DNA from: Patescibacteria group bacterium
Lineage (GTDB): Bacteria; Patescibacteriota; Minisyncoccia; Phycocordibacterales; DATDWN01
Length of the DNA: 64,000 nt
Direction: 5' to 3'
Assembly: GCA_040384485.1 (NCBI GenBank)
Contig: JAZKJH010000003.1
Span: 144,979 to 208,978 of the forward strand
Part shown: positions 36,963 through 47,041 of the stretch, piece after piece
Position numbering within the stretch: the first letter of the stretch is position 1
How the letters are laid out: each line of letters opens with the position of its first letter
Translations under genes and position numbers: made by a program
The notes under the pieces: generated by a model
Told to the model about the DNA's origin: nothing
Seen by the model: only the letters and a program-made list of their open reading frames with translations
The model's database searches: none

Positions 36963-37565
36963 ATGACTAAACAAATTGTTGTTATTCACGGGGGAGATAC
37001 TTTTGAGACATATGATAAATATTTAGAATTCCTTAATGATTTTGAGATTAACCTCGAATGGTATAAAACTAGTAAAAATGACTGGAAACCTTGGCTTAGA
37101 GAGAGATTGGGGAGTGAATACGAAGTTATTCTGCCTCAAATGCCAAACAAGACTAATGCTCAGTATGAGGAATGGAGTTTGTGGTTTGAAAAACTCATTC
37201 CTTTTTTAAATGATGAGGTTATTTTAATCGGGCACTCTCTCGGGGCTGTCTTTTTAGCTAAGTATCTTTCGCTAAACAAGTTTCCAAAAACAATAAAAGG
37301 AGTATTTTTAGTGGGCGCCGTATATAATAAGGACACTGACGGGTACACATTAGCTAGCTTTTCTATACCAGATAGCCTCGATCTTCAAAGTGATAATGTG
37401 TTTCTCTATCACAGCGAAGATGACCCAGTCGTGCCATTTTCTGATTTGGCGTTATATGAAAAAGCATTACCACATGCAATAGCTAGAGTTTTTAAAGATA
37501 GACAGCATCTTACTCAGTCGGAGTTTCCTGAGCTGGCTGAAGACATTTTAAAAATAACGATCTAA
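36963..37565 (+). CDS. Alpha/beta hydrolase, RBBP9/YdeN family (start revised to ATG 36963)
   Basis: VIHGG, WKPWL, PQMPN, GHSLG nucleophile motif, SEDDPVVP, C-terminal H. Confidence 0.88.
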   Translation: MTKQIVVIHGGDTFETYDKYLEFLNDFEINLEWYKTSKNDWKPWLRERLGSEYEVILPQMPNKTNAQYEEWSLWFEKLIPFLNDEVILIGHSLGAVFLAKYLSLNKFPKTIKGVFLVGAVYNKDTDGYTLASFSIPDSLDLQSDNVFLYHSEDDPVVPFSDLALYEKALPHAIARVFKDRQHLTQSEFPELAEDILKITI

Positions 37566-37631
37566 TTAGACCGTTTTAAACTAAAAAAGCACCCACATGG
37601 TGCTTTTTTCGATTTCCTCTAGAGAAAATGC

Positions 37632-37904
37632 TTATTTAACTGAGTCCTTCAGAGCCTTAGCCGCTCTAAACTTAGGAACTTTCATTGCTGGAACAGAGAT
37701 ACTCTCACCTGTTCTAGGGTTTCTAGCTTGTCTCGCAGCTCTTGTCTTTGTTGAAAAGATACCTAGACCTGCTACTGAAACTTCACCACCAGTTTTTAGG
37801 GTAGACACGATAGAGTCTATCACTATATCCATCACTTCCTCTGCTTGAACCTTAGTTCCGCCTAGTTTCGCATGAATTGCTTCTACGATTGCTTGCTTGT
37901 TCAT
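37632..37904 (-). CDS. hup: HU DNA-binding protein (start revised to ATG 37904)
   Basis: MNKQ..., GLGIF, RAARQARNPRTGE, VPKFRAAKALKD. Confidence 0.95.
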   Translation of the reverse strand: MNKQAIVEAIHAKLGGTKVQAEEVMDIVIDSIVSTLKTGGEVSVAGLGIFSTKTRAARQARNPRTGESISVPAMKVPKFRAAKALKDSVK

Positions 37905-38195
37905 ATTTTGTTTTCTTAAACCTATAATACTTACGCAAATCAATTCGACCCTTTACCTACTATAAAGTTATTATATACCAAGGGTTTTTTAGCGCAACAG
38001 ATAGACAAAGGTAACAAAATATTGTTTATTTTAAACAAACTTTCTTAAAATTTTATTAATCAGACCCACCAAAATTCATATTTTAAGTAAATTTTAGTCG
38101 AGCTGTGTTTTTTACAACGCATTGAGTGATTATTTTTTCTAAAATATTGCACGAACTATTGAAAAACTCCAACACCACCACAAATAAAACACTAA

Positions 38196-39725
38196 TTACC
38201 TCGCAAACTCTATGCTTCGCATCTCTCTTATCACTGTCACTTTTATTTCTCCAGGATATTTTAATTCACTTTCTATTTTTACAGCAATATCCCTCGCCAT
38301 TTTTCTTGCTTCCAAATCAGTTACATCATTTGGAGTAACAAAAATTCTTATTTCTCTTCCTGCCTGTAGTGCGTATGCTTTTTCTACACCTTTGAATTGA
38401 GACGCAACAGCTTCTAAGTCTTTCAATCTCTTTAAGTAATTTTCAACACTGTCTCGTCTTGCTCCAGGTCTTCCACCAGAAATAGCATCTGCAGTTTGAA
38501 CTATCATAGACTCCACTGTTTCATATGGGTATTCTTCGTGATGAGCCTGCATCGCTTTGATTACCGCTTCATCAGTTCCAAATTTTTGTAAAATTCTTCT
38601 TCCAATTTCCACATGTGTTCCGACCACTTCATGATCAAGCGCTTTTCCTATGTCGTGCACCAGAGCTCCTGCTTTAGCCACAGCAACATTCGCTCCTATT
38701 TCTTCTGCTATCATTCCTGCAATATGAGTCATTTCTATAGAGTGGGCTAGGACATTTTGGCCATAACTTGTTCGGAAGTGTAGTCGTCCAAGAATAGATA
38801 TCACTCTTGGATCAAGGCCAATAACACCTGTTTCGTAAACAGCTTCTTCACCTTTCTCTTTCATCATTTTATTTACTTCTTCTTCTGACTTCTGAACCAT
38901 CTCCTCTATTTTTGCAGGTTGGATCCTTCCGTCAGCGATAAGTTTCTCTAAAGCGATTTTTGCAATTTGTCTTCGAACTGGATCAAAAGAAGATATAGTG
39001 ATAGAGCCTGGTGTGTCATCTACTATGACTTCAACTCCAGTCCATCTTTCAAAAGCTTTTATATTTCTACCTTCTTTTCCAATTATCTTTCCTTTTATTT
39101 CATCGTTCTGTATCGCAACATGGGTTGTAAGCATGTCAGAAGAAACAGAGTTCGCTAGTCGCTGGATAGAAGTAGCCAAAATAGACTTTGCTTTTTCTTC
39201 TAGTTTGTCTTCACCATCCTGTTCAAGTTTTTTTAGTCTTACTAAAATATCTTCTTCAGATTCTCTCTCAATTTTTTTAATTATCTCTTCTTTGGCTTGT
39301 TCGGGAGTTAGTCTAGCTATCTTCTGAAGTTCTTCTTTTTTCTCACGTTCAATTTTATCAGCATTTTCTCTAATTATTTTTATTTCTTCAATTCTTTTTT
39401 TAACTTCTTCTACTTCCTTGTCTATGTCTCTTTGTCTGCCATCAAGTAACTCATCTTTTTTGATAAGCCTTTCTTCTGTCTTTTTCAATCCTTCTTCTTT
39501 TTCTTTAGATTCCTTTCTGGCAACCTTTAGTATTTCTTCCGCCTCTTTCTCTGCCTCTTCTATTATTTTCTGTTCACGTTCTTTTGCAGCCAGCTCCATC
39601 TGTTTCAGGTCTAGTTCCATTGAACCTTTTTTCCCAAGGGAAATAATAAGGCGCAAATAGTAACCTAGCCCTAAAGAAACTAGGGAAGCTATGCTCAAAA
39701 GCAGCACAACTATTTTTAATGACAT
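38196..39725 (-). CDS. rny: Ribonuclease Y
   Basis: N-terminal TM, coiled coil, KH motif KGKIIGKEGRNI, RTSYGQN..H, HDIGK, ADAISGGRPGAR. Confidence 0.96.
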   Translation of the reverse strand: MSLKIVVLLLSIASLVSLGLGYYLRLIISLGKKGSMELDLKQMELAAKEREQKIIEEAEKEAEEILKVARKESKEKEEGLKKTEERLIKKDELLDGRQRDIDKEVEEVKKRIEEIKIIRENADKIEREKKEELQKIARLTPEQAKEEIIKKIERESEEDILVRLKKLEQDGEDKLEEKAKSILATSIQRLANSVSSDMLTTHVAIQNDEIKGKIIGKEGRNIKAFERWTGVEVIVDDTPGSITISSFDPVRRQIAKIALEKLIADGRIQPAKIEEMVQKSEEEVNKMMKEKGEEAVYETGVIGLDPRVISILGRLHFRTSYGQNVLAHSIEMTHIAGMIAEEIGANVAVAKAGALVHDIGKALDHEVVGTHVEIGRRILQKFGTDEAVIKAMQAHHEEYPYETVESMIVQTADAISGGRPGARRDSVENYLKRLKDLEAVASQFKGVEKAYALQAGREIRIFVTPNDVTDLEARKMARDIAVKIESELKYPGEIKVTVIREMRSIEFAR

Positions 39726-39939
39726 GTTTTTCGAGTAACGTTCGCTTTTGCTTTCTGCATTCAGGGACCGAGTGAGTGTTGAGAATTATCTATATTTTAG
39801 GCTATTTTTTGGAAAATTCGGGAATTTCGGACGTAATCAGGACAAAATCTGCAATATTTAATGTAAAAATCAAAAACTACTAATTACAATTAATCAGTAA
39901 TATTCAAACTATATATGAGTAGTAGGGTTTTGTCCAATT

Positions 39940-40509
39940 TTACAACACCTTGTCCACAATTCCATACTTTTTAGCCTCCTCAGCTGACATAAAGAAGTCT
40001 CTATCTATATCTTTTTCTACCTTCGAAACTGGCTGACCTGTGTTTTTAGACATTATTTTAGCCAAATTCTCTCTAGTTTTTAGTATGTGTCGAGCAGTAA
40101 TCTCGATATCTGATGCCTGTCCTTCCGCACCTCCTAGTGGCTGGTGTATCATTACTTCTGAGTTAGGTAGTGCATATCTTTTGCCTTTTTTACCCGCAGA
40201 TAGTAACCAAGCCCCACCGGAAGCTGCCATTCCTACACATATAGTAGATACATCGTTTTTGATATGATTCATGGTGTCAATCATTGCTAGTGTTGCTGTG
40301 ACTGAGCCACCTGGTGAGTTTATGTATAAATGTATGTCTTTTTTAGGATCTTCAGACTGCAAAAACAACATTTGAGCTATAACTAGGTTTGCTGAGTGTA
40401 AATCTATTGTTCCATCCAGGAAAATAATATTATCTCGCAAAAGGCGTGAAAATATATCATACGCTCTTTCTCCAAACTGTGATTTTTCTATAACTGTAGG
40501 TATAAGCAT
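39940..40509 (-). CDS. clpP: ATP-dependent Clp protease proteolytic subunit
   Basis: [26 protein letters not shown]. Confidence 0.96.
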   Translation of the reverse strand: MLIPTVIEKSQFGERAYDIFSRLLRDNIIFLDGTIDLHSANLVIAQMLFLQSEDPKKDIHLYINSPGGSVTATLAMIDTMNHIKNDVSTICVGMAASGGAWLLSAGKKGKRYALPNSEVMIHQPLGGAEGQASDIEITARHILKTRENLAKIMSKNTGQPVSKVEKDIDRDFFMSAEEAKKYGIVDKVL

Positions 40510-40637
40510 AATTTATATAAGAATTAACCAATAATACCAATCTTTTAGGTAAAGTGAGTATAACAGAAAGCTAAAAATAGGTAAAACCTTGTTGACATAA
40601 GTATTTGCTGGCTGTAACCTGTCTAAGGAGGTTCTGA

Positions 40638-40844
40638 TTGCGCGTAGTCGATGATAGCCAGGTCTTTTATGGGGTAGCCAGGATGTGCACATTCGAAGAA
40701 TGTGGAAGGAAACTGTCTCACCTCAACAAGACCGACCAGTGTTTCTCACACAAGATTACTTCCGGACACCCACAAGGGAAGCCGGGATTCCATCGATCGA
40801 TAGGAGCAGGACGACGGGCTGTAGCAAGGATTGGGAGGGGTTAA
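40638..40844 (+). CDS. Orphan small putative zinc-finger protein
   Basis: TTGACA-17-TAACCT (40592-40620), SD AAGGAGG, C-x4-C...LS..N....C..H; terminator hairpin at the stop. Confidence 0.65.
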   Translation: MRVVDDSQVFYGVARMCTFEECGRKLSHLNKTDQCFSHKITSGHPQGKPGFHRSIGAGRRAVARIGRG

Positions 40845-40892
40845 CACCCCTCTCTTTTTTAATACATAAAACTATTGTATATTATAGTCAAC

Positions 40893-41597
40893 ATGAGATT
40901 ACATCGTTTTTATACAAGCACTCCTATTGAATCAGACAATTTTGAGTTCAACGATAGAGAAGTTATTCACCAATGGAAAAAGGTTTTTCGATATAACGTT
41001 GGAAGTCAGGTTATTGTTTTTGATGGTAGGGGAATGGACTATTTGTGCATGATATCAGCCTTGCGTCCAGGCGGAGCAAGTCTTATGGTGGTAAACAGGA
41101 AAAAGACGGATTTTTCAAATAGAAAAAATATTGTTTTGTGTGTCGGACTTATTAAAAAAGATAATTTTGAGATGGTGGTTCAAAAAGCAGTAGAATTGGG
41201 CGTAAACCATATTGTTCCTGTGCTTTGTGAAAGAAGTGAGAAAAGAAAAATAAATCCAGAAAGACTGGATAAAATTATTATTGAATCCACCGAACAGTCA
41301 GGTAGGGGAGACTTGATGACTGTTAGTAAATCTATGACCATCCAGGAAGTGTTGGATTTAGGAATTTTGCCTCAAGAAAAAGTAGCATTTCATCCAGATG
41401 GAACTTCCTTTAAACAATACAAAGAAAACACAAAACAAGTATCATTTGCGGCATTTGTCGGGCCAGAAGGCGGTTTTAGTGATAAAGAAATAGAGCTATT
41501 TAGAAAGCACAATATGCAAGTATTAGCACTAGGCCAAACTATTCTCCGTGCAGAAACTGCAAGTATAGTAGTAGCCAGCCAATTTCTTGTGGATTAA
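40893..41597 (+). CDS. rsmE: 16S rRNA m3U1498 methyltransferase (start revised to ATG 40893)
   Basis: KAVELGV, EQSGR, VGPEGGFS, LGQTILRAETA. Confidence 0.94.
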   Translation: MRLHRFYTSTPIESDNFEFNDREVIHQWKKVFRYNVGSQVIVFDGRGMDYLCMISALRPGGASLMVVNRKKTDFSNRKNIVLCVGLIKKDNFEMVVQKAVELGVNHIVPVLCERSEKRKINPERLDKIIIESTEQSGRGDLMTVSKSMTIQEVLDLGILPQEKVAFHPDGTSFKQYKENTKQVSFAAFVGPEGGFSDKEIELFRKHNMQVLALGQTILRAETASIVVASQFLVD

Positions 41598-41603
41598 CAT
41601 TTG

Positions 41604-41710
41604 AGACGAGTCTACATTTTATAAAAAAGACTAGTAAGCGCGACGGCGCGAACTCAAGCAAAATTCTAGCAAGAATTTATGCGTGTCTTTTTTTATAAAA
41701 TCGTAGCGAG
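41604..41710. repeat. Structured intergenic repeat, copy A
   Basis: 68-bp core 41625-41692 is 61/68 identical to 53981-54048; self-complementary flanks. Confidence 0.85.
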
Positions 41711-41716
41711 GAACTT

Positions 41717-42784
41717 TTATTTCTGACCCTCTAAAAACTGAAACACTAGTTCATTAGTAAGGAAAGTTTCCACATACATTCTAACTCGGAATCTCTCAGC
41801 ATCTTTGTGTTGAGAGAGTATGTTTTCCATTTCTTTTTTGATTTCTTCCTCAGCAGGGGCAATAGACTCATCTTTTGCAATAGTGTTTAGAATTATTTGG
41901 GATTTTGCTCGTTTCACTGCGACATCTTTCCATTCCGTTCTTAGATCCGCTTCAGTTTTTTTGATATGCAATAGATATTCTTCATAACTGCCTCCAGCTC
42001 TGGCTATATCGTCTTTTAGTTGAGCCAGCATTTTATCCATCTCACCGTCTATAATAATTCTAGGTAGTTCTATGGTAGACGCTTCCATAACCGCTTCCAA
42101 GATAGCTGTTCTTTTCTTATCTTTTTCTTTTATTGATTTTTCTGCAGCGATATTTTCTTTGATTTTCGCTTTTAAGTCTTCTGCATTTTTAAAGTCTCCT
42201 AGGAGTTTTACAAAATTCTCGTCTACTGGAGGCAAATCCTCGTCTTTTATTTCACCGTGACCGTGTCCTTCGTCATCAGGGTTCTCGGTGTGCCATTTTT
42301 GGTGAGCAAGGTTTCTCTGAATGTTTTTTATCACATCATCAACTTCCTTCTCCGACACTTCAGGAGTCTTTGTTTCACTGGAGTTCTCTTTTTTTGCCAA
42401 CTTTTTGTAATCAGTAAGTTTCACGTCTGGCATTAAGAAAGTATTTATTTTAAACTCCATCTCACTACCTACTCCTAGTTTTGTGATAGAAATTTCTGGT
42501 CTGCCTATAGCGTCTAAGTTGTGTTCGTCCAAAATAGCAGGGTATTCTTCGTTTAGAGCAATTTCAGCTGCTTCTTCAAGTAGTCTACCTTCTCCAACTT
42601 TTTGAGCGATAAGGTTTTCTGGAGCGTTTCCTTTTCTAAAACCTGGTAGTTCAACTGACTCCTTTAGTTTGCTAATAGCTTTGGCTCGCATGTCGGCCAT
42701 CTTTTCCGCAGTTATTGTTCCAATAATTTCCACTTCTCTTTCAGGAAGGGAATTTATAACGATGTTTTTATAGTTTTTTGACAT
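41717..42784 (-). CDS. tig: Trigger factor (PPIase domain largely absent)
   Basis: PGFRKGNAP signature and C-terminal SurA-like domain; only 355 aa. Confidence 0.9.
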   Translation of the reverse strand: MSKNYKNIVINSLPEREVEIIGTITAEKMADMRAKAISKLKESVELPGFRKGNAPENLIAQKVGEGRLLEEAAEIALNEEYPAILDEHNLDAIGRPEISITKLGVGSEMEFKINTFLMPDVKLTDYKKLAKKENSSETKTPEVSEKEVDDVIKNIQRNLAHQKWHTENPDDEGHGHGEIKDEDLPPVDENFVKLLGDFKNAEDLKAKIKENIAAEKSIKEKDKKRTAILEAVMEASTIELPRIIIDGEMDKMLAQLKDDIARAGGSYEEYLLHIKKTEADLRTEWKDVAVKRAKSQIILNTIAKDESIAPAEEEIKKEMENILSQHKDAERFRVRMYVETFLTNELVFQFLEGQK

Positions 42785-42913
42785 AGTTCTTAGAGTCTAT
42801 ATTATCAATAGCTTTTTATCAACTCTCATTTTATTAGTTTAAGGTAAAGAAAAAAGAGACACAAAAACCAGTGAGAAAAAATTTTAGTCACTGGTCCCTG
42901 TTAAAGTCGCTTA

Positions 42914-43159
42914 TTAAAACTCTGATGCCGGTTCAGGATTGGTAGAATTCAATTCAGCTTCTATTGTATCCAAGTCATCGTCTGAACTTAAACTCAAAAT
43001 AGTTTCCACATCACTTTCGCTACTTTCATTCAATAGGTTGTTACCTGTTCTAGTTTCTTCAACTCTTTTTCCCCAGAAGTACAGAGCTCCAAGAATAATA
43101 ACCGCAATAATCAATATTGTTGCTATGATTGAACCTATTCCTGCTTTTTTTTCTTCCAT
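42914..43159 (-). CDS. Small single-pass membrane protein
   Basis: One TM followed by an acidic tail. Confidence 0.7.
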   Translation of the reverse strand: MEEKKAGIGSIIATILIIAVIILGALYFWGKRVEETRTGNNLLNESSESDVETILSLSSDDDLDTIEAELNSTNPEPASEF

Positions 43160-43183
43160 ATTATTGTTTGTTAGATAACTTTA

Positions 43184-43972
43184 TTAATTGCTTGTAGTTG
43201 TGGATGCATTACCTTGTTTTAGCTGAGAAACACCTCTTAGGCTCCCTACTATTTTCATAAGTGATTGGTGTGTGTTTCTTAGGTGCTTGTGAACCTCTGT
43301 TGTAGCTGATTTTATTGAGCCAAGTGCGATTTCTGTTACTGGTTCGCCTGTTGTTTCGTTAGTCACCACAGTTTTCATTCCGGATAGAGCAGTCTTTGCT
43401 TCCTCAAGATGCATTTTAGCTTCAGACATTAGAGTTTCTGCTTCTGTTGTATTCCCACTCTCAGCTTTTATCTTCTCTATTCTAGATCCAAGTTTCTCCA
43501 TGATGGATTCTTCGCGGGCAATAGTTGCTTCTAATTTCGAGACCGCTTTTTCTAGTCTTGCGTCTACTTTTTTTACCATCATTTCTTTTCTTTTTGCTTC
43601 AATCTCGGTTTTTCGTAGTTCCATTTTTTGCTTTATTTCCTCTCGAGCCTCTTCTCTTTGAGCAGTTGTTGATGCCTTTCTTTCTTCGATGGCTGTAGCC
43701 CTCTCAGTTCTCGTAGCTTCAATTGTTGCCTTCCTTGCTTCTGCAGTTGTTGCCTTCTCAGTTCTAGCTGTTTCAACCGCTGCCTTTCTTTCCTCCATTC
43801 GAGCTTTCGCCTCTTCAATCTTTTCGTTTTTAGCAGGCATTATTGCGCGAAGTCTTGGCAACAAACCTTCATCTTTAGTTTCTAATGTACCTTCGGCAGT
43901 TTGTGCCATGGCAACTCCGCTCCATCCTAAGGCTACTGCAAACATGAGAATAAATAGTATGCTTTTTTTCAT
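43184..43972 (-). CDS. Secreted coiled-coil protein
   Basis: Signal peptide (AMA|Q) and E/K/R/A/T-rich ~11-residue quasi-repeats. Confidence 0.75.
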   Translation of the reverse strand: MKKSILFILMFAVALGWSGVAMAQTAEGTLETKDEGLLPRLRAIMPAKNEKIEEAKARMEERKAAVETARTEKATTAEARKATIEATRTERATAIEERKASTTAQREEAREEIKQKMELRKTEIEAKRKEMMVKKVDARLEKAVSKLEATIAREESIMEKLGSRIEKIKAESGNTTEAETLMSEAKMHLEEAKTALSGMKTVVTNETTGEPVTEIALGSIKSATTEVHKHLRNTHQSLMKIVGSLRGVSQLKQGNASTTTSN

Positions 43973-44080
43973 TTTTACTTGAAAGTTAATTACTAGTAAT
44001 ATAAGCCTAATTATACAGGAATAGATTTCTAAACAAAAGCAATTTGATTTTGGTTAAAACTAGAGTATTATGTTTGTATT

Positions 44081-45007
44081 ATGATAAAAGTATTTGGACA
44101 CATTTCACCTGATACAGACGCAACAGGTAGTGCTATTTTATGGGCATGGTATTTAAATAACCATACAAGTAACAAAGGTACTCCCTATGTTTTGGGTCAA
44201 CTTAACAAGGAAACAAGCTTCGTTTTAAGAAAATGGGGGATAACTGAGCCAGAATTTTTGGAAAACTTGAGTTCTGATGATGAGGTGGTAATAGTAGACA
44301 CTAACAACCCTCAAGAGTTGCCAACCAACGTAAATGAAGCAAAAATAGTACAAATTATTGACCATCACTTGCTAGTTGGAGGATTAACTACAAAAGGACC
44401 AATAGAGGTCACGATGAGACCCCTTGCTTGTACTGCTACGGTTATTCACGGACTTATGGGGGAAACCGCCCACAACCTTCCAAAAGAGATAGCAGGGCTT
44501 ATGCTTTCATGCATTTTGTCAGACACACTAGCATTCCGTTCGCCAACTACAACTTCTCATGATAAAGATGTGGCAGAAAAGCTGGCAAAAGAACTAGGGA
44601 TAGATATAACAGAGTATTCAAACGAGATGTTCAAGGCAAAATCCGATGTTTCTGACTTTACCGACACAGGACTAATTCACATAGATAGTAAGAAATACGC
44701 AGTAGGAGACAAAAACTTTCGAGTCTCAGTGGTGGAAACGACAGATGCAGATTCTATTCTAGCTAGAAAAGACGGCATAGTAGAAGCTATTAAAACTCTC
44801 GTAACTGAAGAAGCCGATGTGGATGATGTTCTTTTTTTCATCACCGACATTCTTAAGGAGGAGGCAACAGTGTTTACATACAATGAACTAACCAAGGGAA
44901 TAGTAGAAGCATCCTTCGGAGTAACAGTAGAAGGAGACACAGAAGTTCTTCCGGGAATCCTCTCCCGCAAAAAACAAATCCTCCCAGTTTTGAAACTTCC
45001 TAATTAA
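44081..45007 (+). CDS. ppaC: Mn-dependent (family II) inorganic pyrophosphatase
   Basis: GHISPDTD, DHH, SDTL...SPTT, SRKKQ. Confidence 0.95.
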   Translation: MIKVFGHISPDTDATGSAILWAWYLNNHTSNKGTPYVLGQLNKETSFVLRKWGITEPEFLENLSSDDEVVIVDTNNPQELPTNVNEAKIVQIIDHHLLVGGLTTKGPIEVTMRPLACTATVIHGLMGETAHNLPKEIAGLMLSCILSDTLAFRSPTTTSHDKDVAEKLAKELGIDITEYSNEMFKAKSDVSDFTDTGLIHIDSKKYAVGDKNFRVSVVETTDADSILARKDGIVEAIKTLVTEEADVDDVLFFITDILKEEATVFTYNELTKGIVEASFGVTVEGDTEVLPGILSRKKQILPVLKLPN

Positions 45008-45043
45008 CAAAAACTCCGTCAGATGACGGAGTTTTTGTTAATT
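45002..45043. terminator. Bidirectional terminator between convergent ppaC and nusA
   Basis: Perfect inverted repeat AATTAACAAAAACTCCGTCA-GA-TGACGGAGTTTTTGTTAATT. Confidence 0.8.
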
Positions 45044-45047
45044 GTAC

Positions 45048-46193
45048 TTATTCAGCTGGAGTTTCTTCTGTTTCTTCAACTTTCTCCTCTACAGGAGCCG
45101 CTTTATTACTTACTGATTGAATATCTATTTTCCATCCAGTTAGTTTTGCTGCTAGTCGAACGTTTTGTCCTTGTTTTCCGATAGCTAGAGATTGTTGGTC
45201 TTCAGAAACCATGACTGTAGCTTTTTTCTCTTCTTCGTTTATTTCAACTGAGAGAGCTTTGGCAGGTGATAGAGCATCCTCGATAAATTTCTTTGGATCT
45301 TCTGACCATTCAATAATATCTATTTTTTCTCCACCAAGTTCAGACATAACAGTAGATACTCTTACTCCTCTTTGTCCCACCATAGAACCAACAGGATCTA
45401 TGTGAGAGTCTTTTGAGGCAACAGCTATCTTTGTTCTTGAACCTGCTTCTCTAGCAACTGATTTAACCATTACTGTTCCATTTACTATTTCTGGAGCTTC
45501 TGCTTCAAAAAGTTTCTCTAGGAATTTTGGATGACTTCTTGAAAGTCGTAGGAATACTCCCTTTCCACTCTCTTCTACTTTATATAGGTAAGCACGTACT
45601 CTTTCTCCTTGGCCAAATCTCTCTCCAGGGATTTGCTCTTCGTATGGAAGAAGTCCTGTAGCTCTACCCATATCAACAAAGATATTTCCTCTTTCCATTC
45701 TCTGGACAGTTCCACTAACTATCTCTCCCTCTCTTTGTCCGTACTCAGTCATTACTGAAACTTTTTCTGCCTCTCTGATTTTTTGCATGATAACTTGTTT
45801 TGCTGTTTGAGCTGCAATACGACTATAGTCGTCATGTGCAGGAAGAGGGAATACTAGTTCTTCACCAAGAACCACATCTTTTTTGATTCTTTTAGCATCC
45901 TCTAGCATTATGTGTTTCTCCTCACTGTATAGATCCATTCCTTCTGGAAGCTCTCCTTCGATGTCCTCCATAAGCACAGTAGTTTCATCCACTGCAATTT
46001 TTACTTGGAACATTTCTGTTTTACCTGTGTTTAGGTCGAACTTTGCCTTCACGATCTGACCCTTTTTTCCGTATTCTTTCTTGTAAGCAGTAGCAAGAGC
46101 AAGTTCAATAGCCTCAATGATTTTCGCTTGAGGAATGCCACGCTCTTCTTCTAATTGCTTCAAAACACTATTTATAACTTTTAAATCAAACAT
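45048..46193 (-). CDS. nusA: Transcription termination factor NusA
   Basis: RIAAQTAKQV, S1 domain, AREAGSRTKIAV, DPVG, LAIGKQGQNVRLA. Confidence 0.96.
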   Translation of the reverse strand: MFDLKVINSVLKQLEEERGIPQAKIIEAIELALATAYKKEYGKKGQIVKAKFDLNTGKTEMFQVKIAVDETTVLMEDIEGELPEGMDLYSEEKHIMLEDAKRIKKDVVLGEELVFPLPAHDDYSRIAAQTAKQVIMQKIREAEKVSVMTEYGQREGEIVSGTVQRMERGNIFVDMGRATGLLPYEEQIPGERFGQGERVRAYLYKVEESGKGVFLRLSRSHPKFLEKLFEAEAPEIVNGTVMVKSVAREAGSRTKIAVASKDSHIDPVGSMVGQRGVRVSTVMSELGGEKIDIIEWSEDPKKFIEDALSPAKALSVEINEEEKKATVMVSEDQQSLAIGKQGQNVRLAAKLTGWKIDIQSVSNKAAPVEEKVEETEETPAE

Positions 46194-46245
46194 ACTTTTA
46201 TTTAGTTAAATTTTAATATATTTATATTTTACCTCAAAATTTGGT

Positions 46246-46315
46246 AAAAAAATGGTCCGCCCTCGTGGGCGAACTTCAATACATATATAATACACCTACT
46301 CTATATTATTGTCAA
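46246..46315 (-). promoter_or_regulatory. nusA promoter and leader terminator (attenuator candidate)
   Basis: TTGACA-17-TATTAT, then GTTCGCCC-ACGA-GGGCGGAC-CA-TTTTTTT upstream of the nusA start. Confidence 0.65.
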
Positions 46316-46374
46316 ATATAAATAAAAATGGTCAAGTAAGCCTTGCTTACATGACCATTTATGCTTGAAAACAG

Positions 46375-46524
46375 TTATTTACACCTGCCGTTATCGTAGT
46401 AACAGCTCAGTGTTTGTCTCTCTGCACGACCCCTTTTTGCGTAGTAGTCAATTGTTGCGAAAATTCCGGTCAAAACGCAAGAACAAACAAAAATTAATAC
46501 CAAACCAGTCTCATGACGCCTCAT
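46375..46524 (-). CDS. Orphan 49-aa single-TM peptide (start revised to ATG 46524)
   Basis: TTGACA-16-TAATGT, SD AGGAGG, downstream hairpin at 46326-46361. Confidence 0.6.
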   Translation of the reverse strand: MRRHETGLVLIFVCSCVLTGIFATIDYYAKRGRAERQTLSCYYDNGRCK

Positions 46525-46607
46525 GCTTTCACCTCCTAAATAAAACATTAAGCTTTCTTGGTGTTTTGTCAAATATGCCTTTGTGTGTAATATAGGGCTG
46601 GGGGAAC

Positions 46608-47024
46608 ATGACACCACATAGCAGAAGTCTTGTATCAGACACAGATTTTTTACTTTTCTCCAAAATCCGTCAGGCGGTCATCGACCTACCTGACCTGGAT
46701 TATGGCAAAGACAAGGAAGACAACCCTGTGCTTTTGAGTTGCCACATGCTTGCAATGGCTTGTTCCAGAGCTTTTGAGGTCAAAGCTGAACATGGTTTTT
46801 ACCTGGAAAGCTATCGGCATTCCTGGCTCAGGTTACCTAGTGGTAACATAATCGATGTTTATCCAGTGGCTCAACTGGGTGGACCGATACTTTTCGATGC
46901 AGTGAACTTTTATCATTCACTGGCTCTTTATAAGCCACTCGCTTTGCGTAATGAGTTCAATTCTGAGGAATTCTTGGGCCATGTGGTGAAAATCGAAGAA
47001 CAGATTCAACTTGCAAAAGTCTAA
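46608..47024 (+). CDS. Orphan protein with a possible Cys-His-Asp (transglutaminase/papain-like) triad
   Basis: SCH..A, HGFY, HSWL....IIDV; own promoter TTGTCA-16-TAATAT. Confidence 0.65.
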   Translation: MTPHSRSLVSDTDFLLFSKIRQAVIDLPDLDYGKDKEDNPVLLSCHMLAMACSRAFEVKAEHGFYLESYRHSWLRLPSGNIIDVYPVAQLGGPILFDAVNFYHSLALYKPLALRNEFNSEEFLGHVVKIEEQIQLAKV

Positions 47025-47041
47025 CAAAGCTGGAGGTCCGG

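Noticed and set aside
39726-39935. 6S RNA upstream of rny
   Set aside because: Synteny would fit some phyla, but I could not find the long closing stem and central bubble; treated as an AT-rich leader
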